Shown here piece after piece: positions 39,521 through 52,105 of a stretch of 64,000 bases of DNA. This stretch comes from Antedon mediterranea. Lineage: Eukaryota > Animalia > Echinodermata. The notes beneath the pieces were generated by a model that saw nothing but the letters and a program-made list of their open reading frames with translations, had not been told where the DNA came from and made no database searches. The stretch covers positions 5,123,888 to 5,187,887 of the forward strand of contig NC_092676.1 of NCBI RefSeq assembly GCF_964355755.1, in the 5' to 3' direction. Within the stretch, counting starts at the first letter, position 1. The number at the start of each line of letters is the position of its first letter. Made by a program: the position numbers and the translations under genes.

Positions 39521-41610
39521 AACTAGACATGTAACTCGTCACTTTGACGAGTTTGGTTATCCGCCGCGCAAGTGGTGCAACATTAACATTAAGGGGATAG
39601 GTTGAGGACAAAAGGAAGTGTTCACGTTGGCATTATGACCTGAACTGAAGAATATGATATGTTGTTATTGCTGAATTTTATTATTTAAATTCATATATAG
39701 TATATACACAGTATAATCTGTATCCATATCACATACAGTGTAGAATAGTTGAAATTACGGGACCCGCTATTTATTGCAATTTTTAACATGTTGACGGTTT
39801 TAAAATGAAACGCGAAGGTAGCAATTCCGAAAGGAAATTATCTCAGCAACAACGTATTAGCGTGTAGAAGAAATTTGAATACGTGAAATATTGATGCGCG
39901 CTCTTTTAAATGTAATGAATTATGACGCAAAAGATGAAAATACGACCTTTTTTATTTAACTGGCCATATGATGACGTCACAACATCCGATTGGCAACATT
40001 TTTACATAATTTCGTATCTACAATCCATTAGCTTCCAGAAAAAATTTTAATCGTGATTATCACATTTTATTCTTACGAGCTATAACAGATTAAAATTTAC
40101 TGTAAAGATGAAATTAATGCCACACGTGATTTAAATTTTTAGGCATGATGACGTCAAAAAAATTAAAATATTTTTAACTCATGCGAAAGATACTTGATTG
40201 ACCTAGACAAAATCAAAATCGGGGTGAAAATGGAAAACGGATAAGTGGAGATGCGCTCTATTCAATGTGATGAGCTATGACGAAAGATACAAAAATCCTA
40301 AATTTTATATTCGCATGGCCATACGATGACGTCATAATGTCCGGTTAGCCATATTAATACCTGATCCGATATCTACAACTCATCTACTTCCAGAATATGC
40401 CATCCATAAAAAGTTGACCGTCTAGTTTAGAAATTACGACTGTTGAAAAAAAGGCATATTTTAAACGAATTTTTTAACCTTTTCATAAAAAACGCGCGCA
40501 AATTGTCCAATTCGACGTGCTCGTATGACGTATCTTTAAGTCGAAATTGTTTAAAATTTGGTAAAATTACTAGAAAAGGCTGGAAAAATATAAATCACGC
40601 GAAAAAAGTACGTTTTCAATACTACGTGCGCACCGCACACGTAAAAATGTGCGCACGCGTGGGAATTTTTGACATGCTTAAAACGACATGAAACGCGTAG
40701 AAAGTTGATTATAAATTAATTTTGCGCATTTTGAAATTTTAAATGCGCGTGCGCGCGTAACTTTGTGTAAAACACGCAATTTTTTTTCAACAGAAAGTTA
40801 GCGCATGATATAAATTAAACTTTTGCAAAGTTTCAAGTTGAAATGTTATTTGGTTGTCGAGCTATGTTAAATACGACAAAATCGTTAAATCGCGCGTAAG
40901 TCACGTTGCGCAATTGTAAACGTCATGAAAAGCTTCGCTTGACGACGTTACGTAAATGTCAATATGTTAAGATAGTTACCGAAATGTTATGTTTGCGAGT
41001 TTTAGAGAAAAAACGCGCGCAAATTGTCCAATTCGACGTGCTCGTATGACGTATCTTTAAGTCGAAATTGTTTAAAATTTGGTAAAATTACTAGAAAAGG
41101 CTGGAAAAATATAAATCACGCGAAAAAAGTACGTTTTCAATACTACGTGCGCACCGCACACGTAAAAATGTGCGCACGCGTGGGAATTTTTGACATGCTT
41201 AAAACGACATGAAACGCGTAGAAAGTTGATTATAAATTAATTTTGCGCATTTTGAAATTTTAAATGCACGTGCGCGCGTAACTTTGTGTGAAACACGCAA
41301 TTTTTTTTCAACAGAAAGTTAGCGCATGATATAAATTAAACTTTTGCAAAGTTTCAAGTTGAAATGTTATTTGGTTGTCGAGCTATGTTAAATACGACAA
41401 AATCGTTAAATCGCGCGTAAGTCACGTTGCGCAATTGTAAACGTCATGAAAAGCTTCGCTTGACGACGTTACGTAAATGTCAATATGTTAAGATAGTTAC
41501 CGAAATGTTATGTTTGCGAGTTTTAGAGAAAAGCGTTACACAAAAATCATACAGAATGATTTCGTACAATCACAAGAGGTTATCCTGCAACTTCGTTGCG
41601 GATAACCAAT
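39521..41610. mobile_element. Helentron/DINE-like non-autonomous element
   Basis: One end AACTAGA with palindrome ACTCGTCACTTTGACGAGT and sub-TIR GGTTATCCGC; other end GGTTATCCTGCAACTTCGTTGCGGATAACCAAT; T-rich junctions; internal tandem duplication. Confidence 0.65.
40487..41532 (+). repeat. 521-bp tandem duplication
   Basis: AACGCGCGCAAATTGTCC at 40491 and 41012, near-identical throughout; explains the duplicated ORFs at 40443 and 41024. Confidence 0.95.
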
Positions 41611-42674
41611 TTACCGGGCGTAGAGTAGTACACGGCAATGGTAAAGAATAGGCCGTGCTGAGTAACGATTTGATGATTTTTGGTGTTGCTGTGTGTTAGG
41701 CCTTTTTTGTGAACTAACTTAGCATGTTAGTAAATAATTGTTTGTAAAAGTGAATGTACACTAGTTCGTTAATAAATATGTATTATAAAATAGTTTACAA
41801 TTGCAAAACTATTATCATAATTCTATTTAATGTGACATGTATAATATCTATTAAATCAAGTCTTATTTAGTATGTATACATCCGCCCTTATGAGGGCGGG
41901 CATCACTCTCTGGAGTTTTCTGTTACAAATTTCTCATGCAAAAATCGCGGAATACTCATTCTTGTGATATATATTCTTTGGTGTAGGCCTAGGTAGGAGG
42001 CCAAGTGAGTGACTGACCTTGGCCTACAAAAGTATAAATTACAGTTTGTGTCGAGGACACTCTACTTTATAGACCCATGATTAACTAACAAACTAAGAAA
42101 ACATTTTGTGAGGTTCGTGTAGCAAGCAAGTACGATTAATCTGAAGAGAAAAAAGTAAGTAAGCCCAGAGAATACTAAATAGGCCTAGGCCTAGGCCTAC
42201 TAATAGTACTACTGCAGCTGCTAGCTAGGCCTAGGCCTACCTCATCTAGGCTAGCTAGTAGGCTAATTAATAATATGATACTAGGCCTAGGCTAGGCCGT
42301 AAAAGTAATCGGAGTACTACCGGTAAGGCCTGGCCCTAGCTAGGCCTACCTAGTAGCAAGCCTTTCGGTGGCAGAATGTTTTCATTACTATAGCTTATCT
42401 AGACTATGTATGGACCGCCAGAAATTAGCCTAGGGCCTAGTTAGGCTAGTCTAGGAGGGATATATAATATCGCCGTGGCTAAAGATACGATACCGTATCC
42501 ATACTTCTAAAAACTAAAGGTATGGTAATTATAAATTGCATTCCTAAAACTCGTACCTAACTAAATATAAAACTCTGAATAATGACATATTAGGAAGTTT
42601 TACGAAACCATTTCCAAACTACAGTATAGAGGGTGCTATGGTATTTTGAAAAATGGGGTCCTCCTAAATACCAA

Positions 42675-43025
42675 GAACTACCAAGACCTGTCAATTTAAA
42701 GTGTTAATTTAACGAAATATGATATATATAGACTTCTAATAGCATTTACATCAATAAAACCTTAATTTTAGCGCGATATAGACACCAAAAATGTTAAATA
42801 ATCGACAAGCTTCGCGTTCGCGAAACGAACTGAGTTGATGCATACATTGCTTCACAAATGTCCGTATTGCGTCAACTAGTATGACCTACCAAGAACTACT
42901 AAGACCTACCAAGACCTGTCAATTTAAAGTGTTAATTTAACAAAATATGATATATATAGACTTCTAATAGCATTTCCAACAATAAAACCTCAATTTTAGT
43001 GCGATATAGACACCAAAAATGTTAT
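42675..43025 (+). repeat. Direct duplication of ~120 bp
   Basis: CTACCAAGACCTGTCAATTTAAAGTG...GACACCAAAAATGTTA at ~42678-42797 and ~42906-43024. Confidence 0.85.
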
Positions 43026-43169
43026 GCTGGTTGGCTCAGTCTGGATATTTTCATAAGTTTATTCCATTCAATAAGTGGTTGGCCCGGGCCTACATTTATA
43101 TGATTATTACTATATATTTAAATAATAAATGATTTATTGTTCTCTTTTTTACAGTAGGTTTTTACAAGC

Positions 43170-46100
43170 ATGTTGAACTGTACAAGAATAGATAATTCAA
43201 CCATTGAATGCAATGGAAAGATTTACAGCTCTGAGAATTCTGAGGATATTACTATGATGGAGTTCTATATATACCTGGGTATATATGTTGGCCTTGTGCT
43301 TTTTGCTGGTAGGTAAACAAATATTGTTTAAATTTATATATTACACTACTGGTCAACACTTTTTTTATAATTAATAATCTCATTACTATGTAAAGTTTTG
43401 ATAATAATATTTTTTTATATATATACATATTTTAATTGTTTTAACTCTGAGCAAATTAATTTCTCCTTTGGAGATCAATAAAATTATTCTGATTCTGATG
43501 CCCATTGGAAGTAACACATACAAATAATGTCATTTTTTTACACAAGCAACTTACATTAGATGTCTTATTTTTTCAGTAACAAGTTTTTTTGTTTACAATC
43601 TATCAACAATTTTTTTACCTCCATACTGTAGTGATAACCTTTAATCTGGCTTACGTTTATTTACTTGTTTATTAATTTTATCATTCGTAACATTATTTTA
43701 AAAGGTTAAATCTTTAGCAAATGTATCTTGCATACCATCTTTGACCTATCATTTTTTAAAGCAAAGTCAGGCAACCTTTTACCTGACCTCGATTGGTAAA
43801 TTAAATGACAAAAGTTCATTACAGGTATTACTATAATAATAATCATTTTAAAAATGTCATTTTACATTAATTTTGTTAAATTACTTGTTTATTTTGTTTT
43901 TTAATTCGCCAAATTTTCAAGATATAATTAAAAGTTTTTTACATTTTTGCCATACAGTATATTTAATTAAATAATTTGAGCCTTTGGTCGACTGAGTTGA
44001 TTCTCTAGGCTTTATTCTTTACCTCATGGGTTTAGGTTTTTCTTTGTTCCATATTCAAATATACTTACATGATCTCAATAAAAGAATGAATAAGTCTTCC
44101 TGTTTGATCTGAAGTCAGGTTTTAAAACTGGAAAATTTACTGCAAAACAGAAAAAGTAAATTTTTTTTACTTTATTCAAGGTGGAAAAAATTTGTCAATT
44201 AATTAATTTCAGTTGGATATGTGTGCCAAACAAGATTTTTTCGCTAAATTTATTATTCCTTAGTCGCTGTAATTTTTTTTAAATCGTTAAACTACAATAC
44301 ATGGGTTCTCTAGTCTAATACCCTGTTCACATCTGCATAAATTGTTACAAGTTGTTTACAACCAGGTTTGGTCTCACGACTTATTACATGTTTTCACACA
44401 CGCAAACCTTGTAAAATCTTGGGAGGAAAGAGTAGTTGCACGCTATTAGATTACTATTATTGGTCATTTAATATCAGTGCGCAGTAAGAATTCGGAACAT
44501 CTCTCGCAACAAAAACACAGGTCTCTTGTTGGCGTGGTTTTCTTCCAGCATTTTACAAGGGACCCCTGTGAAATCTCGGGGAGATTTTCCACAAAATTGT
44601 CTTCACACTATGCAAACCTGGTTACAAGTTTTTACATTTTGGAGATATGAAAAAAGTAATAAGACAGTGATGGCATAATTCTTTTTTAGTCATCAAGCTA
44701 CTTTCCGGTGGTTGGTCACTATCCCCACTCAATTAATAGTATTTCATTTTTACATAATTTGAATAAATAATACTTATTGTATTATTTTAGGTTTGATGTC
44801 TGGTCTCACGATGGGGCTTTTATCGTTGGACATCATGAGTTTAAAAGTTCTTGAAATCAGCGGAAAACCTAAAGAGCAACGTTACGCAAAGAGGATCATT
44901 CCAATCGTTGAGAAACACCACCTATTACTTGTAACGTTACTTCTAGCAAACGCCGCAGCTGTGGAGAGCATGCCAATTTTTCTCGATAAGATTACCAATC
45001 CTATTTTAGCGATTGTTATATCAGTAACAGCCGTCCTTATATTTGGGGAGTAAGTATAATATGTTTATTGCAGTTTTCCAGTCGATGTATCATCAGTATA
45101 ACTAACTGTCTTTATATTTACCAGTCAATATACTGTACAAGTTCACACCCCTCCCATGCCTTCTTTCCCTTCGAAAAGTTTGAAGCAAAAAATTGTAACA
45201 TATTTAAATAGACCTAAAAAATAATCATTACATTTTTAAATAAAATAATTTTTAATAGAGCGACAGATACAAAAATATGTTTATAAGCTTTTTTTTTTAA
45301 AGAAAAAAGGAAACATGATAGAGACACTACACAAAAGTTCTTGTAAAATGGTTACATTTAATAATATGCATAAATTAATATCAGTATACAAATATTGAAT
45401 GTTAATGAGTGGAAAGATTGACTGGTATCTGCCTTGTTAATATTGTATAGCAGTTACAAAAAAAAAAAAGTACTATCCCATGATTGTTTAATAGTCTTTT
45501 TATTCAAACACCATGTGACCCACAATCATATAATCAAATGAATATATTTAGGTGTGTTATAATACTGTATAGCAATTTCTACCAAAAGGTCACATGATCA
45601 AGTCACCATGATGTTTTAAATGGCTCATTTTCTTTTCCGTTCTTCAGAGTGGTTCCTCAAGCAATTTGTACCAGATATGGACTGGCCATAGGTGCCACCT
45701 TATCACCTTTGGTCTGGCTATTCATGTTGCTCCTTTTCCCAATATCATTCCCAATTGCCAAGATTCTTGACTGTCTTCTTGGAAAAGAAAACGGAACTTT
45801 CTTCAGACGAGCAGGTTTGTATGACATATATTTCTCACAGAGCGCGATGGTGCAATAGTATTGTTATCAGAATTACGCATGAGAAGTAGCTTGAGATCTG
45901 TCTTGGTCTTCTTCTGTAAAGATACAGTACAGTACATACAAGATGTTTAGTCTTTGAAAAAGTGGGGGAATAACCTGTGACTCGCAGCCTATTGGCATAA
46001 ATTGCTTTATCTATGTTCAGTTTAATATCTTTTTTCTATTTTGTATATGTTCATTCATTATTATCTGAATAAATTTTATCTGAATCTGAAAGGTGTGGAC

Positions 46101-49100
46101 GACACATGTCTTCTATCCTAAGGGTCCCTCCTTGCCATACAGTTGCTACCAAACAGTGCTCTTTCTGCTGTTTTGTAAGCCTCCTACTCTTCCAGAAGAT
46201 TCTTACAAGAAAAATACAAGAAATGCTTCTGCACACAAGCCAGATGTGTACACTGGACCTTTTTAGATTCCTTCCATTGTGCTATCCAACACTCTCGTAC
46301 CATCTCTCGTATTCCTTCCATTTTGTCATCTGACATTCCTTCCATTTTGCCATCTGACATGTCTGCTCTCAGTTTTAAGTCCTTCTCCAAGAAGACTTGT
46401 TCTACCACCAGAACAATGGTCGAGGAGTACCTTGAACCTGTGCCAATTGTATGGCCACACAGCTCAAATTGTTTTAGTCTTACAGTAATTCAAAGGTATA
46501 ACACAAGGTGGCAGTGTAATACATGCATCATGTGTCATTCCAGGCTGCTCAATAATGTATAATAAAAAAGAATTCATGACGACACTGGTTCGTTTTTAGT
46601 TCAGCAGCTTTAAAATGGCCATTTATTACTTTCAATCTTCTGCTTAAAGATGTATTGTCCCCCAAAACATGAAAAATGAAGATAAATTAAGTCAGACTTT
46701 CAATAGGTTATTTTGTAGTTTTAATAAAGTTAATCAGTAGAAAAAAAACGGGGAAAAAAAATCACAAAGACAAAATAAATGGTTAAATTCAACCAAAAAC
46801 CCATTGACTGGGTGGCAGCTAATTTCACTATTTTCCCTTTAAATTACAGTTTTTCAGGTAAATACATTTTTTTTTCAATCCGATTTTTGGTCAACTTGGA
46901 TAACTATTATGGGACATTAAAATGGCATATTCAACAACAAAAATTATTTTGTCAGGGGACAATACATCATGGGAATTGATAATTAAATTAGAAAGAGGAT
47001 GAATGTTGAATTGAACCTGCTGACATAATGTCTGTGTTATTTGCATAATCTACATTCAAGGTGTCTTGTTGTAACCCAACATGATGTCGATGTGATTTGA
47101 ATAATCTACATTCAAGGTGTCTTATTTTATAGAGCTTGGTGCATTGGTGGCTTTACATGGTGAAGATTCTGAAGATAATGAAAATCCATTATCGAAGGAC
47201 GAAATCCTCATCATAAAGGGTGCCCTCACAATGAGAGACAAGTGCGCTAAAGATGTTTTTACTCCGCTCAAGTTTGTTTACATGTTATCAATCGATGATA
47301 TTTTAGACCGAACAAAAATAGATGAAGTAAGTATTTTGAGCCAGTCCAAATAAAACAATTGTCAAAAGTAAAAAAGTGATCGGTAAAAATTAAAATATTC
47401 TAGAATAAATTTTCAAAAACCATAAACAATTGAAGTTTAACTTTTCCCCAAGGACTTGACATTCCTTCTGAAAAATAAGGCAATAACAAACATAATAGCA
47501 TAAGCATTCTCAATTCTCAAAAATCTGATTCCTATTTGGCTATCCAACACACTTTCATGCCATCTTTTAGATTCTTAATGTTAATGTATAGCGCACCACA
47601 AACAACGTCATCTCAATGGCATGCGCTGTGGACTTTAGATGTTACACTTTTCAACAACATTCATGTCACTGCTGCCAACGCTATTCCTTCTGTCCATGAC
47701 AGTGGCTGTGTGTACCAGTACACCGGGGTTACCTTTACTCTTCTTGAAAGATGTACTAGGTTCTTTAAAGTGCATTTTATGTACACTAGAGAAGACTTGT
47801 TCTACCATCAGAATAATGGAGTGAATGAGCCTTGATGCTTGGCCTTGGCACATTCTTCCATTGTGCAATCCAACATATAAATCAAAAACTAAAATAAACC
47901 TGTATAGCATGGTATAAACGTAGATCTTGAGTACACCAGCAGTGAAATCAACTGATACTATGTATACATCAATGACAGCCATATGTCTTCTATTCCAGTC
48001 AAACTACTACTACAAAATTAGAACAGAATTAATTTTTGTTGTAGGTACTTCCTAAGACCAATCTGAACAACATATCAAAAATGAAGAAAAAAGGGAGATG
48101 AAGAAAAATTGTTAATTTGTATATAATTAAAATGGCCGTTTTCTCTCCATTTTACCCAAATATTAGTATCCGATTTTGTCAAATATTTGTTCAACCACGG
48201 TCATTAAAACATATATTTTTCAAGAAACTATCACTGGAGATAAAACAAATAAATTGTTCAACTTTCAAAAAAAAAAATTCAAGATGGTAAATATACAGTA
48301 CTTCAAAATGGCTGCCATTTTTCTCAAAGGGAAAAGTTTGAGAAAGATGTATAGTTCTTAACACTTTGACTGCCAAACACGGAGATCCTTTGCTCTTGGT
48401 GCCATTGTAAATTACATATCAATCAGATCACATACGTAGTTTTCATCAGCTTAAAAATTGGTTATAAAACACTGGCGGTGGCAGTTTCTAACGGGAAAAA
48501 CCTCTGTGTGAAACCTGATTTAAACCTGAAAATACATTTCAGTGAAACCTTATAATCAGACCAGCTTTATGTATGAACTATTTAGGCATACCAAAGATTA
48601 TGACCCGACAAAACATCTTAAAGTTCCTTGTATTGCAGTCAGTTTTTCAATTGCATTGAATAACCTAATAAGAGAATCTGGATCTGATGGTAAATCTGCT
48701 GGAAGGGGTTCAATATGATTCTTAGCTTGAACATATCCTAATTCTTTTGGATTCAAGTTGACACCTTTGTGTTGACATTGTTGGGAGAATTGATGCTGAA
48801 GAATACAGCTACAAGTAACATGTCATCAGATTTTACATTCTGTCATCTGAAAATCTTTTTACATTTCAGATTATTAGAAAAGGTCATTCAAGAATACCAA
48901 TTTTTGAGGAGACAAATGAAAAGAAAGATATTATTGGAATTCTTCTGACGAAAAGTTTACTCCGCGTTGATTTACAGAAAAATTTAACAATAAAGGAAGT
49001 GTTCCTTAAGTTAGGTCGACCAATTGAAACGATACCAGCTAATATGCCGCTGTATGATGTACTGAACGCAATGCAAGATGGCCGAAATCACATGAACTTA

Positions 49101-52100
49101 GTAACCAATGAAATTTCAGCAACACGTCTGTCAGTTGATGGTCACCAGAATGTGACAAAGAATGATAAAGACCTGGAAGTGGTGAGTTCTATTTTTTTTT
49201 TATACTGATAATTTGTTGAATATTAACTCCATATGAGAATGGCAATGAAACTTTCTCTGTAAAATTTATTTTCTTTATGAGATATACGCCCGTATTCTTA
49301 AACCGGACTTTATTCGTAGTTCAACCTAAAACTTTAAAAATGACGTCATTTTAATTCATAAACCGAACTTCAACTAAATCGCCGACTAAATCAGGCCAAC
49401 CTCGACTAAATCGAGACGGATTTTGATCAATTTTTTTAGTCCTGGAGGGGGCAGGCTAAATGGTCGACTAAATGGTTTTTAAACGATGTTTATGAAAAAC
49501 GTAACAGTCATTGAGTTGTTATATTGGCCAGATATTGAAGAATGAAATATCTATTTTTATATTAGCTTAATTAAATATACATTGGTATAAGTTATAATAA
49601 TGAAAATCTTCTTTATTTACAACCGTATACAAATTACATTATTTTCTTCGCGCAAGTCCGACTTGAAATACGTCACGCCATCTCCAATGGGAGATGCGGA
49701 AATTCACCATGCGATGGAATGTATAGGGGGCCTAGCGTTTTCTTGTCACGCTATGAAGTGCATAGTTCGTCACGATCATACTTTGTTGGAGGCCTAGAAA
49801 ATATGAAAGTTACCGTACCGCCATGGTTCCTAAATATATTTTGAAGATTTTGTTTGTTGTTAATCAAAAGTACTGCACTGTTAAATTAATGCTGATCTTG
49901 TTCTAATAATTAACGATTACAATTATTGTTCATGTATATAGTCCTGATGCGTAAACAGTTTTGGAAGAAAATGGAAAGTGATATCAGTGCGCAAAATTTG
50001 CTCCTCAAATACTCTAGCCTTTGTTACCCAGACGTGTGCAACTCGACTAAAAGCTCGACTTCATTAAGTCGAACTGAAAACTTTGACTACTTCGTTTATG
50101 AATCGAATTTGAAGTAATAGCTCGAACTACGACTTTTTCAAGTCGAACTTCGAACTACGACTAAAGTCCGGTTTAAGAATACGGGCGATAATCCACTATG
50201 TTACACTCGGATTTTCTTGGCATGGAAATAGTAGTGTGTGGCCTTGAATAAGAGATTGGTATTCAAACTGGCATCTGATTGGTCGATTTGTACATTATAA
50301 CTTTTGAAAGGGAATGCTCCGTGGGTTGATGCGTTTTTGCCTTATATTATGTTCACAATTGGCATTCATAAGCTCTTTTGTAACACAGCTTTACTTCCTG
50401 GTGAATCTAGGCTTTATCTAACTACTAGTATAGACCCACAGCATTGTCATTTTTTCACTAATATGCCTTTGGATTTATATATTATATCTGTTTTTTTTTT
50501 AATAAAGTAGTGCCTGTCTAGTAGACTAAATACATACATTTTTTTCTGAATAAATACAAATTGAAAAAGAAAATTAAACTCCTATTGACTGTAAAAAGGG
50601 TGTATCCTACAATTTGTTGTGGTTTGTTAAAAAATAGAATAAACTAATTATTCTAGTCAGGTAAATTTTAGATTTTCGTGTTTCAGTTCTCAGCCATTAT
50701 ATACAGTTACTTCTGATTATAGATACCTACATTTTACCCAGAAATTAACTTTATTAAACACTTACTTAATTCTGTTTGGTCCACTAAAACAAGTTTAGTC
50801 CAATCCAAAAGTATCTGACACTTCCAGTTACTTTTTAGACTAGTGTCGTGACAACAGTTCGTTTCTATTGTCAATTGTATTTATTTAAATAATGCAAGTA
50901 TGCCCAATAACAGCAATACAAATACAGTACAGTGATAATCAAGTTCAAAGTTCAGAGCTACAGTACAATATTGTTTGGAAGTTCTGTGTATGTAAAAGTA
51001 AAGCTCATCGTTATACATGATTGGTTTTTATGAATGTTATTCACAATAGTAAATTTTTAAGTAAAAATTGTTTAGAGATACTGAAAGAGGAATTTGCTTA
51101 GTGAAGGATTGCTCTGAAAACAGTACAGTATTCAGAATAACTTGGTCGTGAAAAAAAGACAACATTTCAAAATATGAAATTTTAATGAATGATAATGTTG
51201 ACTCTTGATTTTCCAAACATATTTAAAGCAATTTGACAATCATTCACTCCTGCAAACATGAATTTAAGCAATTCATTTGTAGATAAAGTTTACCTTTTTA
51301 TTTATGTATATATTTTGCATCTGTCATGAATGACATCTCTTATATTTAGGATGCCATTGGTATCGTAACGCTTGAAGACATTCTAGAGGAACTACTACAA
51401 GAAGAGATTGTGGATGAAACTGATATCTATGTTGACGTTCATAACCGAATCAAAGTAGCCAGGGCTAGGCTGTCTAGGGCTAATTCTGTACAAGTTCCAC
51501 AGGGTCCTTTGATACAGTCATCAAGACAGGTTGGTTCTAAATTATTGATTACAGATTTCAGAACATTATTTCAGTACATATAGAGTAGTGCCTACTACTC
51601 CAAAGAAAAAATCCTCTCCCTGACCTTTGATCCTCAATCCATGACCCCGAAGACACTGTATCACAACAACACATATGCAAAAGGACAAAATTGTACTATG
51701 TTATTTGTGGGACAAGTAATCATTTTTTTTAAATTTTCACCCTACTGACCCCTATGTGACCTTTGACCTCGAATTATGAACACCACATAAATGGGAAGTG
51801 GTACCAGTCACACTGACCGAGTTTAAACAAAATGATGTACATAAACCACAGTTTAAAGTGGGTTTTTTTTGCAAAACAAATTTGATAAATTTTGATGATT
51901 TACATGACATCTTTTACAGTATCCTAGGAGACAGAGGTCAAATTCTTTAGGTCATTCTACAAAATACCATGAAGCTTCATCACCGACGTTGGTGACTAAT
52001 TTGATACCAAATAAGGTGCAAGTTATTCAGGAAGAAAGTGAAGACGGAGATGATATTTATACTGTAAATGAAGACAACAGAGATACAGCACCATTGATAC

Positions 52101-52105
52101 CATAG
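43170..52105 (+). CDS. DUF21/CNNM transmembrane domain and CBS-pair protein (Mam3/CNNM-family metal transporter)
   Basis: Exons 43170-43308 (...YVGLVLFAG), 44791-45049 ([13 protein letters not shown]...[24 protein letters not shown]...LIFGE), 45648-45814 ([16 protein letters not shown]), 47133-47326 ([13 protein letters not shown]), 48870-49181 (KGHSRIPIF), 51350-51529 ([23 protein letters not shown]) and 51920-52105 (...DTAPLIP*). A probable non-coding exon ends at ~42154. Confidence 0.93.
44319..44657. mobile_element. Degenerate Harbinger-like MITE
   Basis: TACCCTGTTCACATCT...ACCAGGTTTG at the left and CAAACCTGGT...AGATATGAAAAAAGTA at the right. Confidence 0.45.
46648..46969. mobile_element. 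Kolobok-like MITE, copy 3
   Basis: TTAA|AGATGTATTGTCCCC...GGGGACAATACATCA; homologous to 445-792. Confidence 0.78.
47536..47995 (+). mobile_element. Highly decayed Penelope-like reverse transcriptase fragment (related fragment ~46100-46460)
   Basis: [11 protein letters not shown] resembles FDVxSLFTNIPV; TLLERC...HFMY...LFYHQNNGV resembles LLxLC...YFxF...YxQxxGV. GAAGACTTGTTCTACCAYCAGAAYAATGG is shared with ~46391. Confidence 0.4.
49287..50187. mobile_element. Harbinger-like non-autonomous element
   Basis: TIR CGCCCGTATTCTTAAACCGGACTTTA...TAAAGTCCGGTTTAAGAATACGGGCG with ATA on both flanks. Confidence 0.8.

Larger units (their letters stand above)
39059..41980. mobile_element. TIR DNA element (CAAAGAATAT termini) hosting a Helentron-like insertion
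   Basis: CAAAGAATATAACAAGAATGAGTAATCCGCAATTTT versus AAAAATCGCGGAATACTCATTCTTGTGATATATATTCTTTG; flanks GAGTAGG/GTGTAGG. Confidence 0.7.

Noticed and set aside
40443-41651. Duplicated 60-80 aa ORFs
   Set aside because: They arise from the 521-bp duplication inside a non-autonomous element and show no recognisable domain.
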